Positions 1 to 9,948 of a stretch of 64,000 nucleotides of DNA are shown here, piece after piece (position 1 is the first letter of the stretch; every line of letters starts with the position of its first letter). The stretch covers positions 32,001 through 96,000 of the forward strand of contig CAVRCI010000009.1 in assembly GCA_963719495.1 (NCBI GenBank). Direction: 5' to 3'. This DNA is from an uncultured Verrucomicrobiae bacterium (GTDB taxonomy: Bacteria; Verrucomicrobiota; Verrucomicrobiia; Chthoniobacterales; JAATET01). The notes beneath the pieces were generated by a model. The model was not told where the DNA came from. It ran no database searches and saw nothing but the letters and a program-made list of their open reading frames with translations. A program made the position numbers and the translations under genes.

Positions 1-1
1 A

Positions 2-574
2 AACGCCGGACCGACCCCGATCAGCATGCAAATGACGATCCAAGTCGAAGGCGACCGAGCCCGCATCGACGTCGGCGACCAGATGTCCACCCTCATGGGC
101 GGCGAGACCGAGGATATCACCACCCTCATGCACGCCCAAAAAATGGCCATGACCATCCCAGCCGCCGCGATGGAAGCCATGAAGGCCAAGCTGAAAGACT
201 CCTCCCCCGAAGCGGACGAGAAACCCGACATCAAACCTACCGGCGCAAAGAAAGAGATCAGCGGCTTCGCCTGCGAGGAATACACCGGCACCGTCGCCGG
301 CATGCAAGCCACCTACTGGCTCACCAACGACCTCCCCAACCAGAAGGAAGTCGTCGCCCAGCTCAGCGCCCTCTCCGGCGACACCGATCCCTTCAAAGGA
401 ATCTTCGACAACTCCGACTTCCCCGGCTTCCCGATCCAAACGGAGGTCGACTCCCCCCAAGCTGGAAAGAGCACCGTAACGGTCGAATCCGTCACCGAAA
501 AAGAAATTCCAGCCACCGCCTTCGAAGTCCCGTCCGACTACAAATCCGCCGCCATGCCCACCATGGGCCAATGA
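2..574 (+). CDS. DUF4412-like domain protein (5' end probably outside window)
   Basis: Frame is open to the window edge. Motifs 'KPTGAKKEISGFACEEY', 'YWLT', 'GFP' and 'IPATAFEVPSDYK' are typical of DUF4412 proteins. Confidence 0.75.
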   Translation, partial: NAGPTPISMQMTIQVEGDRARIDVGDQMSTLMGGETEDITTLMHAQKMAMTIPAAAMEAMKAKLKDSSPEADEKPDIKPTGAKKEISGFACEEYTGTVAGMQATYWLTNDLPNQKEVVAQLSALSGDTDPFKGIFDNSDFPGFPIQTEVDSPQAGKSTVTVESVTEKEIPATAFEVPSDYKSAAMPTMGQ

Positions 575-576
575 TT

Positions 577-666
577 CAAGGAGCGGCGGCTTCCAGCCGC
601 CGAAGTCCAGCAAATCTGGCAAAGCCAGAGATCCGAAACTCAAGGAACGGCGCTTTCCAATCGCCG
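577..666 (+). repeat. Pair of 26-nt REP-like palindromic direct repeats
   Basis: CAAGGAGCGGCGGCTTCCAGCCGCCG (577-602) and CAAGGAACGGCGCTTTCCAATCGCCG (641-666), each with an internal CGGCG...CGCCG stem. Confidence 0.6.
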
Positions 667-719
667 CACCAACCCAACGCCGAAGGCGCACTCTTTCCCA
701 CCCCGCGCAAACAACCCCC

Positions 720-3700
720 ATGCGCCCCCCAGCCGCCCCCCGAGCCGCAGCGGCCCTCTTCACTCTCTTCGCCCTCTTCACCCTTACCACCCTCACCCCG
801 GCCCACGCCGACCTCACCCCCGACGAGCGACGCCAGTCCGCCCGCTACGCCGAGATCCTCCAGAGCGACCCGGCGCACGTCGTGGCGCGTCAGCGACTCT
901 GGGCTCTCCACGCAACCGCCGGCGACACCGCCACCCTCCTCGACGACTACGCCACCCGTTCCGCGGAGTCCCTCCCCGCCGCCCTCACCCACGCCTACCT
1001 CCTCCTCGAAAGCGGTGACCCCACCAGCGCTCTCACCGCCCTCGACGCCACGGCCACCACCTTCCCCGAGGACCCCACCCCTCTCCTCGCCAAAGCCGAA
1101 ATCCTCGCCGCGCAAAGCGAAGACCCCATCCCCACCCTCGTAGCCGCTCTCGCCCTCGCGCCAGAAAACCCCGACATCGCCGACCGTCTCACCCGAGCCC
1201 GCCTCGCCGCCGGCGACCCAACCAGCCTCCTCGCCGACGCCCCCAACGACCCCGCCCTCCGCCGCGAACTCGCCGACCAGCTCCTCGCCGCCAATCGTCC
1301 CGACGAAGCCCGCCCGCACCTCGAATGGCTCGCCGCCAAAGGCAACCCCACCCAGCGCGTCGACGCCCTTCGCACCCTCTCCGACGTCGCCGAGCAGAAG
1401 GGCGACCTCCCCGCCGCCATCGAATTCGCCGACCAAGCCGCCAACCGCCTCGGCCCCACCCACTGGCTCCGCCCCGACCTCGAGACCCGCGTCACCAACC
1501 TCCGCGCCCGATCCGGCACCCTCGAAGCCCGCCGCGATCGTCTGTGGGACACCACGCTCAAATCCCCCGGCGACTGGCGGGCCTGGCGCGAAATTGCGAG
1601 AATCGAAAGCGTCCTCGGCAACCCTGCCGCGCAGGTTGCGGCTCTCGAAAGCGCCGTCGCCGCCGCTCCGAGCGACGATTCACTGCGCTACGAACTCATC
1701 CGCGCCGAAGCCGATTTCGGTGACCTCGATCTGGCCTACACCCTCGTAGGAAAGCTCATCGCCCAACGACCCAACGACCCCGAGCCCATCTTTCTTCGCG
1801 CCGACCTCGACGTCCGCGCCGGCCGCCTCGCCGCCGCCCGGTCCAGCGTCGACGCCCTCGTCGCGGCCAATCCTTCCCTCCGCCCCCGCGCCATCGCCTT
1901 CTTCGAATCCACCCGTCTCGACGAAGCCGCCACCGCCCTCCGCGCCCAGGCCGCCGCCGACGGCGATCCCGAGGCCAGTCTCGCCCTCGCCAATTCCCAC
2001 CTCGAATCCAGCGATCTCCCCGCCGCCATCGCGGCGCTCACCGCCGCCAAACTCGACGCCGACACCAACCTTCGCGCCGCCGCCCTCCTCCGCTCCCACG
2101 ACCACGTCGCCGCCACCATCCCATTCCTCGAAGCCGCCCGCCTCCAGGCCCCCGACCACCTCGAGCCCGTCCAACAACTCGCCGCCGCCCTCGTTGCCAC
2201 CGACCAGACCGAAAGCGCCGTTGCCGTCCTCGAAGCCGCCCTCGCAACCCAGCCCGACAAAGCCGCGACCCTCGACCGCCAAATTTACGATTCCCTCGCC
2301 GCCACACCCGACCAACTGACCGCGCACCTCGAAACCATCCAGTCCGATCCCGAACGCTTCGCCCGCTGGCAACTCTGGAGCGGAGACGCCGAACCTCCCG
2401 ACCCCAACGAATCCCGCCCCATCGTCCCCGACGCCGAGACCCTCGACGAACTCGCCACCGCCGCCCGCGAAGCCCCCGCCTCCGTCGAGGCCCTCACCAA
2501 CCTCGCCGCCGCCCGCCAGTCCGCCAGCGACTACTACGGCGCGCTCGAACCCTGGACCGAAGCCTTCGCCCGCGCCCCCGCCAACGACCGCACCGACCTG
2601 CTGCCCCCCATCCTCGCCGCCACCGCCCGCCTCCAACTCCCCGACCGCGGCCTCGGCTTCCTCGTCGACTACGCCCGCTCCCGCCCCGGCGAGGCCGACC
2701 GCATCACCGCCTGGGCGGACGCCGTCACCTTCGCGGAAAAAAACGCCAACCTCGATCTCCTCGAATCCGAACTCGCCACCTCCCCCGACGAATACCCGAC
2801 CGCCGTCGCCCGCGCCGCCATCCAATCCGCCCGCGGCGACGACCCAGCCGCCTTCCGCACCCTCGAATCCTCCGCCCGCCTCGCCGCCGATCCCGCCGCC
2901 GCCCGCGACCGCACCCTCGCCGCCGCCGCCCGCACCGGCGAGGACGCCGCCGTCATTCGCTCAGCCGCCCGAGTCACCGCCGAGTCCAACGCCTTCTCCG
3001 ACTGGCGAGCCGCCGCCACCGCCCTCGAAGCCGTCGGAGCCGCCGACACCGCCGGAGCCACCTGGCGCGCCATCCACCGCAAATTCAACCGCGACCCCGA
3101 CGCCCTCACTGCCGTCGCCGCCTACGCCGACCGCACTGGCGAAGCCGAAACCCGCGCCACCGCGCTCTACGCCGCCGCCGAACTCGATCCCCGCGACCCC
3201 GTCCGCCTCGCCGAAGCCGCCGCCCTCGCCGAAACCCGCGGCGACCGCGACCGAGCCATCGACTTCTACTACCAGATCCTCGCCGCCACCCACCCCCTCG
3301 AGCCCGACCCCGCCCGCTTCCCCGGCTTCGACGAAGTCTCCGCCGAAGTCACCAACGCCGCCCACTCCCTCGCCATGCGCGCCATCGGCGGACTCGCCGA
3401 CGTCGCGAGCGTGGCAACCGTCCGATCCACCGCCGACCGCTCCACCGCGGTGGCCACGGCTGCCGCCCGCCTCGCCGCCATCCGAGCCCTCGCCCACCTC
3501 TCTACCGGTGGCTCGACCCGCGAAGAATGGCTGGCCTGGTGCGCGCAAGCCACCCCCTTCGAGGCGGCGTGGGGGTTCTACAGCGCCGACGAGTTCGCCC
3601 CCGCCCACGCCGCCCTCCTCACTCTACTCGCCACCACCCCCGACCCCGCGCCCGTCGAGCGCGCCCTCATCTGGAACGCCCTCCGCCGCTCCTCCTTCGA

Positions 3701-6431
3701 AACCCTCCGCGCCTGGATCAATTCCGACCCCACCGTCCGCCGCCGCCGCACCGAACTTCTCTTCCTCGGCCTCAGCCGCCTCCTGGGGGCCCACGCCGCC
3801 GACCCAACCCCCGCCCAAATCGAAACCCTCTTTCCCAAAAACACGTCATCGGCTTCCACTCGCTCGCCAAAGAATCCTCAACGCCCGCCCTCCCCAAAAT
3901 CCCCAAACTCCGATGCGGCCGCACCAAAGTTTGGGGACGGATCCGATTCCTCACTCCCTTCGTGCGCTGTCACCAACGTCGAACGCTGGCGAGCAGCCTG
4001 GCTCTTCGCCTCCCACGCCAAGCTCACGACCGCCCTCCAGCTAGGCGAAAATTCCGGCGATTTCCCCAACGACCAACAGCTCGCCGAGACCCAGCTCGCC
4101 TCCTGGCACCTCCTCCTCGGCGATCGCGACGCCGCCCTCGCCGACCTAGCCCTCACCGCCGACCTACCCGCCGACCGACTCGACGCCCCCGCGATCACCG
4201 CCCTCCGCATGCGCTGGCTCCTCATGACCCCGCCCGAGCGCGCCGCTCTGGCCAAATCGATCTCCCCCGATGCCTTCGCCAGCCAAGCTCTCATCGCCGC
4301 CCTTTCCAACGATACCGAAGGGATCTCAAAAGCGGCGATCCGCCTCGTCGATTCATGGAAACAAAAGAGCGGCGGCAGCCAGGGCAGCACCCCCATTTCG
4401 AGTTTCGTCCGGAGCGGAGTCTCCCAGCTCCACCCGTGGAACCTCCCCGCCCTCGCTCTCGCGATCTGCGAAGCCGCCGCCGACTCCGAAGCGCTGGTCG
4501 CTAGTCAATCCAACGACGGCCGCGCCTGGCGCACCGAACTCGCCGCCCTCACCGCCGCCTCCCGCCTCATGCTCGCCGCACCGCGCGAGACCGCCTTCGT
4601 CGTCGACGACCTCGACACCCGCAACTTCGATTTCCAAACCTGGGCCACCCTCGCCCGCACCCTCGACACCAACGGCTACACCGCCGCCGCGATCGCCGTC
4701 CGCGACGAACTCCTCTCCCGCTTTCCCAACGAACCCGCCACCCTCAACGAGCGGGCCACCTCCGCCGCCGCCGCGGATGACCTCCCGCTTCAGGCCGACC
4801 TCCTCGAACGCAACCTCGCCTCCGGCCGCCTCGGCTCGAACTTCCCCGCCATCGTCGACCAAACCGAGCAACTCGCCACCCTCCGCTTCAAGCTCCACGA
4901 TCCCGCCGCGGCCCTCCCGTTCATCGATCGCGTTCTCGCCCTCGCACCCGCCGATCCCCGACTCGTTGACCTGAAAGATCGCGCGCTCGCCAATCTCGGG
5001 CGCACCGACGAACGCCGCGAATTCTGGAACCGCCAGATCGAATTCGATCCCGCCACCGGTGGCCTCGGGCGGGCTCGTTTTCTCGTCGAAATCGGCGAAG
5101 CCGCCCCAGCCATCACGTCCCTCCGCCGCCTCCTCGCCACCCGCCCGCCGAACACCGCCGAGGTCCGCACCCTCCTCTTCCAAACCGAAGCCCGCCACGG
5201 CGACCGCGCCGCCGCCATCGCCGAGCTCGAGCGCCTCGCCGCCACCGACCAATGGGAAGCCGTCGGCCAGCTCGCCCCCGCCATCGCCGAGTCCGGCGAC
5301 CCAGCCCCGGTCGCAAAGATTCTTCGCCAAGGCCTCCGTGCCGCCTCGAATCCCCGGGTCCGTTTCGCCTGCGGGCGCATTCTTTTCCATCTCCCCGGGC
5401 CGCCCCCCAGCATCGCCGAGGCCCAACACGATCTCGATCAAATGCGCCACGCCGCCGAAGCCGACCTCGAACTCATTCCGAAACTCTATGAAACTGGATC
5501 CGAATTCGCGGCCCGGTCCCCCGCCAACACCGAATGGTTCCTCGACCAAATGCGAGCCGAATGGCAAGACGGCGACGGCTCCCGACTCGCCGCTGAGCAG
5601 CTCATCGTCCGCAATCCTCCCAGTCTCGACGTCCTTCTCGATCAATACCTCGTCCCCCGGCACTACGACGCGGTGGCCTGGGCCACGATCGCCGACCAGC
5701 TCGCGACGAGCGCCCATCCCGCCGCCGCGGCCCGCGTTTTTCACGAACTGGCCAACCGCGCTCCCGACCAACCCGGCTTCATCTTCCGCGAAGCCACCCA
5801 ACTTTGGCTCGCGGGCGAACGCTCCGCCGCCATCGCCCGCGTCGAGCCGTGGCTCGCGATCCGCGAATTCGATCCCAGCCTCCAGCGACAGGCCGCCGAC
5901 TTCTTCCGCGACATCGGTCGGCCCACCCGGGCGATCGAACTCTACGCCGAAATCGTTGCCGAAGACGTCGCCGTCCGTCACTCCGACGCCTGGATCGAGC
6001 TCGCCAAACTCCAGCAAAACTCCGGTCGCCTCGACGCCGCCAAACTTTTTCTCCTCACCGCTTTTCAGAACCCAAACAACCGGGATTGGCCCGCCGCCGA
6101 AGCTTTCCTCGCAGCCCGCGGCGATCTCACGTCGCTCGACCCCGAAGTCAACGAATTCCACCTCCGCGCCGACGACTGGCGGCAGGTCCGACTGGCCATC
6201 GCCCAGCGCCTCGTCGACCAAGGCAGCTACCAACGAGCGCTTACCTGGATAAGTCCAGCCATCCTCCCCAACGAATCCGCCGCCACCCTCCTCATGCGGA
6301 TCGCCAAGCGCGGCGACCTCCGCGACGAAGTCACCACCTTCTGGCAAACCGCTATCGCCCAACTCCCCGAAAGCGCCGACCTAAAAACCCAGCACGCCAC
6401 CTACGAGGCGTCCGCGGCAAAGCCGCGCTGA
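720..6431 (+). CDS. Very large secreted tetratricopeptide-repeat (alpha-solenoid) protein, 1903 aa
   Basis: Long ORF with consistent high-GC codon usage, signal peptide ending 'TPAHA', and many A/L-rich helical repeats ending in 'P.D/P.N' turns. Confidence 0.85.
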   Translation: MRPPAAPRAAAALFTLFALFTLTTLTPAHADLTPDERRQSARYAEILQSDPAHVVARQRLWALHATAGDTATLLDDYATRSAESLPAALTHAYLLLESGDPTSALTALDATATTFPEDPTPLLAKAEILAAQSEDPIPTLVAALALAPENPDIADRLTRARLAAGDPTSLLADAPNDPALRRELADQLLAANRPDEARPHLEWLAAKGNPTQRVDALRTLSDVAEQKGDLPAAIEFADQAANRLGPTHWLRPDLETRVTNLRARSGTLEARRDRLWDTTLKSPGDWRAWREIARIESVLGNPAAQVAALESAVAAAPSDDSLRYELIRAEADFGDLDLAYTLVGKLIAQRPNDPEPIFLRADLDVRAGRLAAARSSVDALVAANPSLRPRAIAFFESTRLDEAATALRAQAAADGDPEASLALANSHLESSDLPAAIAALTAAKLDADTNLRAAALLRSHDHVAATIPFLEAARLQAPDHLEPVQQLAAALVATDQTESAVAVLEAALATQPDKAATLDRQIYDSLAATPDQLTAHLETIQSDPERFARWQLWSGDAEPPDPNESRPIVPDAETLDELATAAREAPASVEALTNLAAARQSASDYYGALEPWTEAFARAPANDRTDLLPPILAATARLQLPDRGLGFLVDYARSRPGEADRITAWADAVTFAEKNANLDLLESELATSPDEYPTAVARAAIQSARGDDPAAFRTLESSARLAADPAAARDRTLAAAARTGEDAAVIRSAARVTAESNAFSDWRAAATALEAVGAADTAGATWRAIHRKFNRDPDALTAVAAYADRTGEAETRATALYAAAELDPRDPVRLAEAAALAETRGDRDRAIDFYYQILAATHPLEPDPARFPGFDEVSAEVTNAAHSLAMRAIGGLADVASVATVRSTADRSTAVATAAARLAAIRALAHLSTGGSTREEWLAWCAQATPFEAAWGFYSADEFAPAHAALLTLLATTPDPAPVERALIWNALRRSSFETLRAWINSDPTVRRRRTELLFLGLSRLLGAHAADPTPAQIETLFPKNTSSASTRSPKNPQRPPSPKSPNSDAAAPKFGDGSDSSLPSCAVTNVERWRAAWLFASHAKLTTALQLGENSGDFPNDQQLAETQLASWHLLLGDRDAALADLALTADLPADRLDAPAITALRMRWLLMTPPERAALAKSISPDAFASQALIAALSNDTEGISKAAIRLVDSWKQKSGGSQGSTPISSFVRSGVSQLHPWNLPALALAICEAAADSEALVASQSNDGRAWRTELAALTAASRLMLAAPRETAFVVDDLDTRNFDFQTWATLARTLDTNGYTAAAIAVRDELLSRFPNEPATLNERATSAAAADDLPLQADLLERNLASGRLGSNFPAIVDQTEQLATLRFKLHDPAAALPFIDRVLALAPADPRLVDLKDRALANLGRTDERREFWNRQIEFDPATGGLGRARFLVEIGEAAPAITSLRRLLATRPPNTAEVRTLLFQTEARHGDRAAAIAELERLAATDQWEAVGQLAPAIAESGDPAPVAKILRQGLRAASNPRVRFACGRILFHLPGPPPSIAEAQHDLDQMRHAAEADLELIPKLYETGSEFAARSPANTEWFLDQMRAEWQDGDGSRLAAEQLIVRNPPSLDVLLDQYLVPRHYDAVAWATIADQLATSAHPAAAARVFHELANRAPDQPGFIFREATQLWLAGERSAAIARVEPWLAIREFDPSLQRQAADFFRDIGRPTRAIELYAEIVAEDVAVRHSDAWIELAKLQQNSGRLDAAKLFLLTAFQNPNNRDWPAAEAFLAARGDLTSLDPEVNEFHLRADDWRQVRLAIAQRLVDQGSYQRALTWISPAILPNESAATLLMRIAKRGDLRDEVTTFWQTAIAQLPESADLKTQHATYEASAAKPR

Positions 6432-6537
6432 ATCCTGCAGCCGGTTTCGCCGGGCGAGCCGTCAAGTCGGACGTGATCAACCCACCGGACACCGGGTCTC
6501 CTCGCGTCGACCGCCACACCGCGACGAGACAGCTCCC

Positions 6538-7275
6538 TCACGGAATCACCAGCACCTGACCGACCTGCAGATTCACGCCCCCATTCAGCGCATTGTGATT
6601 CGCATCCGCGATGTCCTTCCAACGCTGCGCGTCATCGTAAAACCGACGCGCCAGGGAGGCCAACGTATCGCCCTTCCGCACCGTATAACGCTGAGTCTCC
6701 GACCCGATCCGCTTCTCCGCGGCCGCCGTCCTGGGGTTCGTCGAATAACCCTTTTTGTCGCGAGCGGGCGCCGCCTTCTCCACGACCGCTTTCGGCTTCT
6801 TCTTCTCGGCTTTCAGTTCGTCTTCCAATCGCTCGATCGTTTTCTTCAATTCCGTGGACTCCTCCGCAAGCTCGAGGTTCGCGTTCTTGATCCGAGCCGC
6901 CTCCCGCTTCGTCATGAGCCCGCTGTCCGCCGCCCGGGTCGCGATCACCAATTCGATTCGCTCGATGTATCCTTCGACCTCGGCCTTGAGAGCGTTCGAC
7001 TCGGTCATCTTGAGGTAGCGCCGGTAGTGGTGCAGAGCCGACACGGGATCCTTCAGCTTGTCGTCGTAGATGAGCGCGAGTTTGTAGTGGATGTCCGCCG
7101 TCTTCGGCGTCCCGTCGAGAGCCGCCTCATACATCCAAACCGCCCGCGGAAAATCCCCCTCCTGCACCGCGGCCCGCGCCTGCTCCTCGGTCCCCGCCCG
7201 CGTTGGCATCTCGAAATCATCGCAAGCCACCAATCCGAGACATCCCACCAAAACCAAACCCCGAATCCCCGTCAT
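6538..7275 (-). CDS. Lipoprotein with TPR, coiled coil and C-terminal LysM domain
   Basis: Lipobox-like 'LVAC', TPR 'ADIHYKLALIYDDKLKDPVSALHHYRRYL', LysM 'YTVRKGDTLASLARRFY...WKDIADAN...LQVGQVLVIP'. Start is uncertain (7275-7299). Confidence 0.85.
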   Translation of the reverse strand: MTGIRGLVLVGCLGLVACDDFEMPTRAGTEEQARAAVQEGDFPRAVWMYEAALDGTPKTADIHYKLALIYDDKLKDPVSALHHYRRYLKMTESNALKAEVEGYIERIELVIATRAADSGLMTKREAARIKNANLELAEESTELKKTIERLEDELKAEKKKPKAVVEKAAPARDKKGYSTNPRTAAAEKRIGSETQRYTVRKGDTLASLARRFYDDAQRWKDIADANHNALNGGVNLQVGQVLVIP

Positions 7276-7357
7276 CACATCCGTCGACATCCCCCACACC
7301 TAGCGACCCCATCCCCGGCTCGCCAATCAAACAACGTGAATTCATTCTCCCGTCGCC

Positions 7358-7693
7358 ATGCTCAACGCCTATCTCCTCCTCGCGCTCGCCATCGTGGCCG
7401 AAGTCGTCGCCACGTCGTTTCTTCCCATCACAGCCCATTTTACACGACCGCTCCCGAGCCTCGTGGTCCTGATCGGTTACGCCACCGCCTTTTACTGCCT
7501 CACCCACATCCTCGACCGCATTCCCATCGGGATCACCTACGCCATCTGGTCCGGGCTGGGGATCGTGCTGCTGGCAGTCGTCGGAATCGTTGTCTACGGG
7601 CAGAAGCCCGACCTACCCGCGGTCGTAGGAATCACTCTCATTCTGGCAGGAGTCATCACGATCAACGCGTTCTCAAAAATGACGCCGCACTGA
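7358..7693 (+). CDS. SMR family (EmrE/QacE-like) small multidrug transporter
   Basis: 111 aa, four TM helices, 'LAIVAEVVAT' with the conserved Glu, 'IPIGITYAIWSGLG'. Confidence 0.92.
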   Translation: MLNAYLLLALAIVAEVVATSFLPITAHFTRPLPSLVVLIGYATAFYCLTHILDRIPIGITYAIWSGLGIVLLAVVGIVVYGQKPDLPAVVGITLILAGVITINAFSKMTPH

Positions 7694-7851
7694 AATAATG
7701 AGCGCGTCGTCGAAGCGATTGAGGGGCAAAGCCGCCCCCACCCGTCATTCTGAACGTAGTGAAGAGCAGCCGACCGCCTTCCACGTCTTCCTATTCACCA
7801 AGAAGGCAATCTCTGGCTTAAACCAAATCTCACGATTGACCTGACCATTGC

Positions 7852-7941
7852 TGTAGCGGCGGTCTGTGACCGCCGCCGTCGTCTTGAGCAGCGTCAACTT
7901 CCGGGGCGCAAGATCTGCGGCGGTCACAGACCGCCGCTACA
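7852..7941. repeat. GTAG-type REP doublet (REPIN-like)
   Basis: Perfect 25-bp inverted repeat TGTAGCGGCGGTCTGTGACCGCCGC (7852-7876 / 7917-7941) with a 40-bp spacer. Each arm is GTAG plus an imperfect palindrome. Confidence 0.85.
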
Positions 7942-8056
7942 TTTTCCGATCACCCTCCGAATACAAAATGCCAGGGATGTTTCGCTCCGCTGCCAATGAC
8001 ACGGGTTGTTTTGAACAGAGCACCAGCGGCTGGGAGCACCGGAGCTTGGGAAGGCT

Positions 8057-8194
8057 CGGGGCAGACGCCATCGGCTCTGCGATGGTGCCCGAAGGGCGAG
8101 ACGCTTGGGAAAGCGCGAGTCCACCCGCGGGGCAGACTGCATTGGCCCTGCGACGCGGCCCGAAGGGCGAGACGAGCGGGAGCGAGCGAGTCAA
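8057..8194. repeat. Tandem dimer of a 67-nt structured repeat
   Basis: 8057-8123 and 8128-8194 align without gaps at 53/67 positions and share GCCCGAAGGGCGAGACG. Confidence 0.7.
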
Positions 8195-8444
8195 CCGAAC
8201 GAAGAGAACGAAGGGAAATACGGATACAAATTCGGCTTTGAACAGAAGGCCGCAAAGGCCGCAAAGACTTGGCAGAATGGGCCTCGCCGCCGTTGACCGA
8301 GTCATCCCCGCTTCTCGACGCGCTTGCGGGTTAGTGGTCCTCAACACGGCAGGTTCTAAAGCGATCGCCCGATCACACCCATCGGCGTCCCTTCCCCTCA
8401 GCCGTCAATCTTCCGGACCGCCACGACAACCCGCGGCCATCCCC

Positions 8445-8915
8445 TCACCGCCGATTAAACCCGGCCATCGTCCGATCCGCTTCCCGCTTCGCCTCCCGGC
8501 TCTTCAGCGCGGCCCGTTTGTCGACCGCGTGCTTCCCTTTCCCGACGCCAATCTCGACTTTCACCCTCCCCTGCTTCCAATACATCTTCAGCGGCACCAA
8601 CGTCCGTCCGCTCACGTTCGCCTCACCGAAAAGCTGGTCGATCTCCCGCTTGTGCAGCAGCAGCTTCCGTTTCCGTTTCGGCTCGTGCTGCTCCGCGCTC
8701 GCCTGCGCGTACGGCTGGATGTCGGCGTCGCAGAGGAAGATCTCGCCGTTGTCGATTCGCGCGTAGGCCCCGCGCAGGTTCACGTGACCCGCGCGAATGG
8801 ATTTGACCTCGGTGCCCCTCAACTCAATCCCAGCCTCGAGTTTCTCCTCGATGTGGAATTCGTGATAGGCCTTCCGATTAGTGGTGATTTCGGACGATGC
8901 CATCGGCCCGCCCAA
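8445..8915 (-). CDS. smpB: SsrA-binding protein SmpB
   Basis: 'NRKAYHEFHIEEKLEAGIELRGTEVKSIR', 'RKLLLHKREI', 'GKGKHAVDKR'. True start is probably the second Met (8903). Confidence 0.97.
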   Translation of the reverse strand: MGGPMASSEITTNRKAYHEFHIEEKLEAGIELRGTEVKSIRAGHVNLRGAYARIDNGEIFLCDADIQPYAQASAEQHEPKRKRKLLLHKREIDQLFGEANVSGRTLVPLKMYWKQGRVKVEIGVGKGKHAVDKRAALKSREAKREADRTMAGFNRR

Positions 8916-8931
8916 CGTCCCAACGGGACGT

Positions 8932-9141
8932 CTAGCCCTCCAGGTCGACCGGCTCGCGGGTGACGAGCTTTCCGGCCATGATTTCCGCCATCGCCGTGTC
9001 GGCGAAGGTCATCCGCGGCTCGACCTCGACGTGCGGGCGCACCCCGCTGCTGAGCTGCCGGACGCGCCGGGAGATCAGATTGATGAGAATTTGCTTATCC
9101 TCGATGACCTCGTTGGCCTGGTGCAAAAGTGCGTAATTCAT
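8932..9141 (-). CDS. rpoZ: RNA polymerase omega subunit (PVC-type short form)
   Basis: 69 aa, 'LINLISRRVRQL...RP.VE...A..EI..GKL'. Confidence 0.8.
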   Translation of the reverse strand: MNYALLHQANEVIEDKQILINLISRRVRQLSSGVRPHVEVEPRMTFADTAMAEIMAGKLVTREPVDLEG

Positions 9142-9189
9142 GGCTGGTAAATCCTGACTGCGAGCCGCACGCGGCCCATGGTGAAAAAA

Positions 9190-9819
9190 TTAAGCGTCAC
9201 TCTCTTCGCCGTCGGTCTCACCCGGCAGGCTTTCGCCGACGAGGTAACGCACGAAGCGGCGAATGATGATGTTCTCGCCGAGCTCGGCGATTTTTTGGTT
9301 CACGACATCCTTCACCGTGATGTCCGGGTTCTTGATGAACGCCTGCTCGAGGAGACAAATCGTGCTGTAGAATTTGTCGACTTTGCCGTCGACGATCTTC
9401 TCGACGATGTTCGCCGGCTTGTCCTTCATCTGCGCCGCGTAGATCTCGCGCTCGTTGGCCACGACGGTCGCATCCACCTGCTCACGGCTGACCACGGTCG
9501 GTTGGGAGGCCGCGATGTGAAGCGTGATGTCTTTGACAAATTCCTTGAAGACGTCCGTCTTGGCGACGAAGTCGGTTTCGCAGTTCACTTCGACGAGCAC
9601 ACCAACCTTGCCTTGAAGGTGAATGTAGGAAGCGACAACGCCTTCCTTCGCGGAGCGGCCCGCCTTTTTGCCGGCGCTGGCCATTCCCTTCTTACGGAGG
9701 ACCTTTTCGGCTTGTTCGAGATCGCCGCTGGTCTCTTCGAGAGCGCGTTTGCAATCCATCATTCCCGCGTTGGTTTTTTCGCGGAGGGCTTTAACTAGTG
9801 CTGAGGTGACTTCGGCCAT
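9190..9819 (-). CDS. tsf: Elongation factor Ts (short form)
   Basis: 'VKALREKTNAGMMDCKRAL', 'EVNCETDFVAK', 'LGENIIIRRFVRY'. Start set at MAEVTS. Confidence 0.97.
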   Translation of the reverse strand: MAEVTSALVKALREKTNAGMMDCKRALEETSGDLEQAEKVLRKKGMASAGKKAGRSAKEGVVASYIHLQGKVGVLVEVNCETDFVAKTDVFKEFVKDITLHIAASQPTVVSREQVDATVVANEREIYAAQMKDKPANIVEKIVDGKVDKFYSTICLLEQAFIKNPDITVKDVVNQKIAELGENIIIRRFVRYLVGESLPGETDGEESDA

Positions 9820-9824
9820 TGGGA

Positions 9825-9944
9825 GAGTTTTAAGTTTGTAAGAATTAAGAATTAAGTGGGTGAGCGGGCGTTCGGCGGAATCAAGTCTGTAAAATCGGAG
9901 CAACAAGCTCCGACTTAATCCTTAAAACTTAATTCTCAAAACTC
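9825..9944. repeat. Inverted pair of AT-rich heptamer arrays in the rpsB-tsf spacer
   Basis: 9825-9857 (GAGTTTTAAG...AGAATTAAGAATTAAGT) faces its approximate reverse complement 9913-9944. Internal hairpin TCGGAGC-AACAA-GCTCCGA at 9895-9913. Confidence 0.65.
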
Positions 9945-9948
9945 CCCC

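Noticed and set aside
7694..8444. tmRNA (ssrA) next to smpB
   Set aside because: No tRNA-Ala-like ends (GGGG.../T-arm...CCA) or tag-peptide frame were recognised. The gap is explained by repeats.
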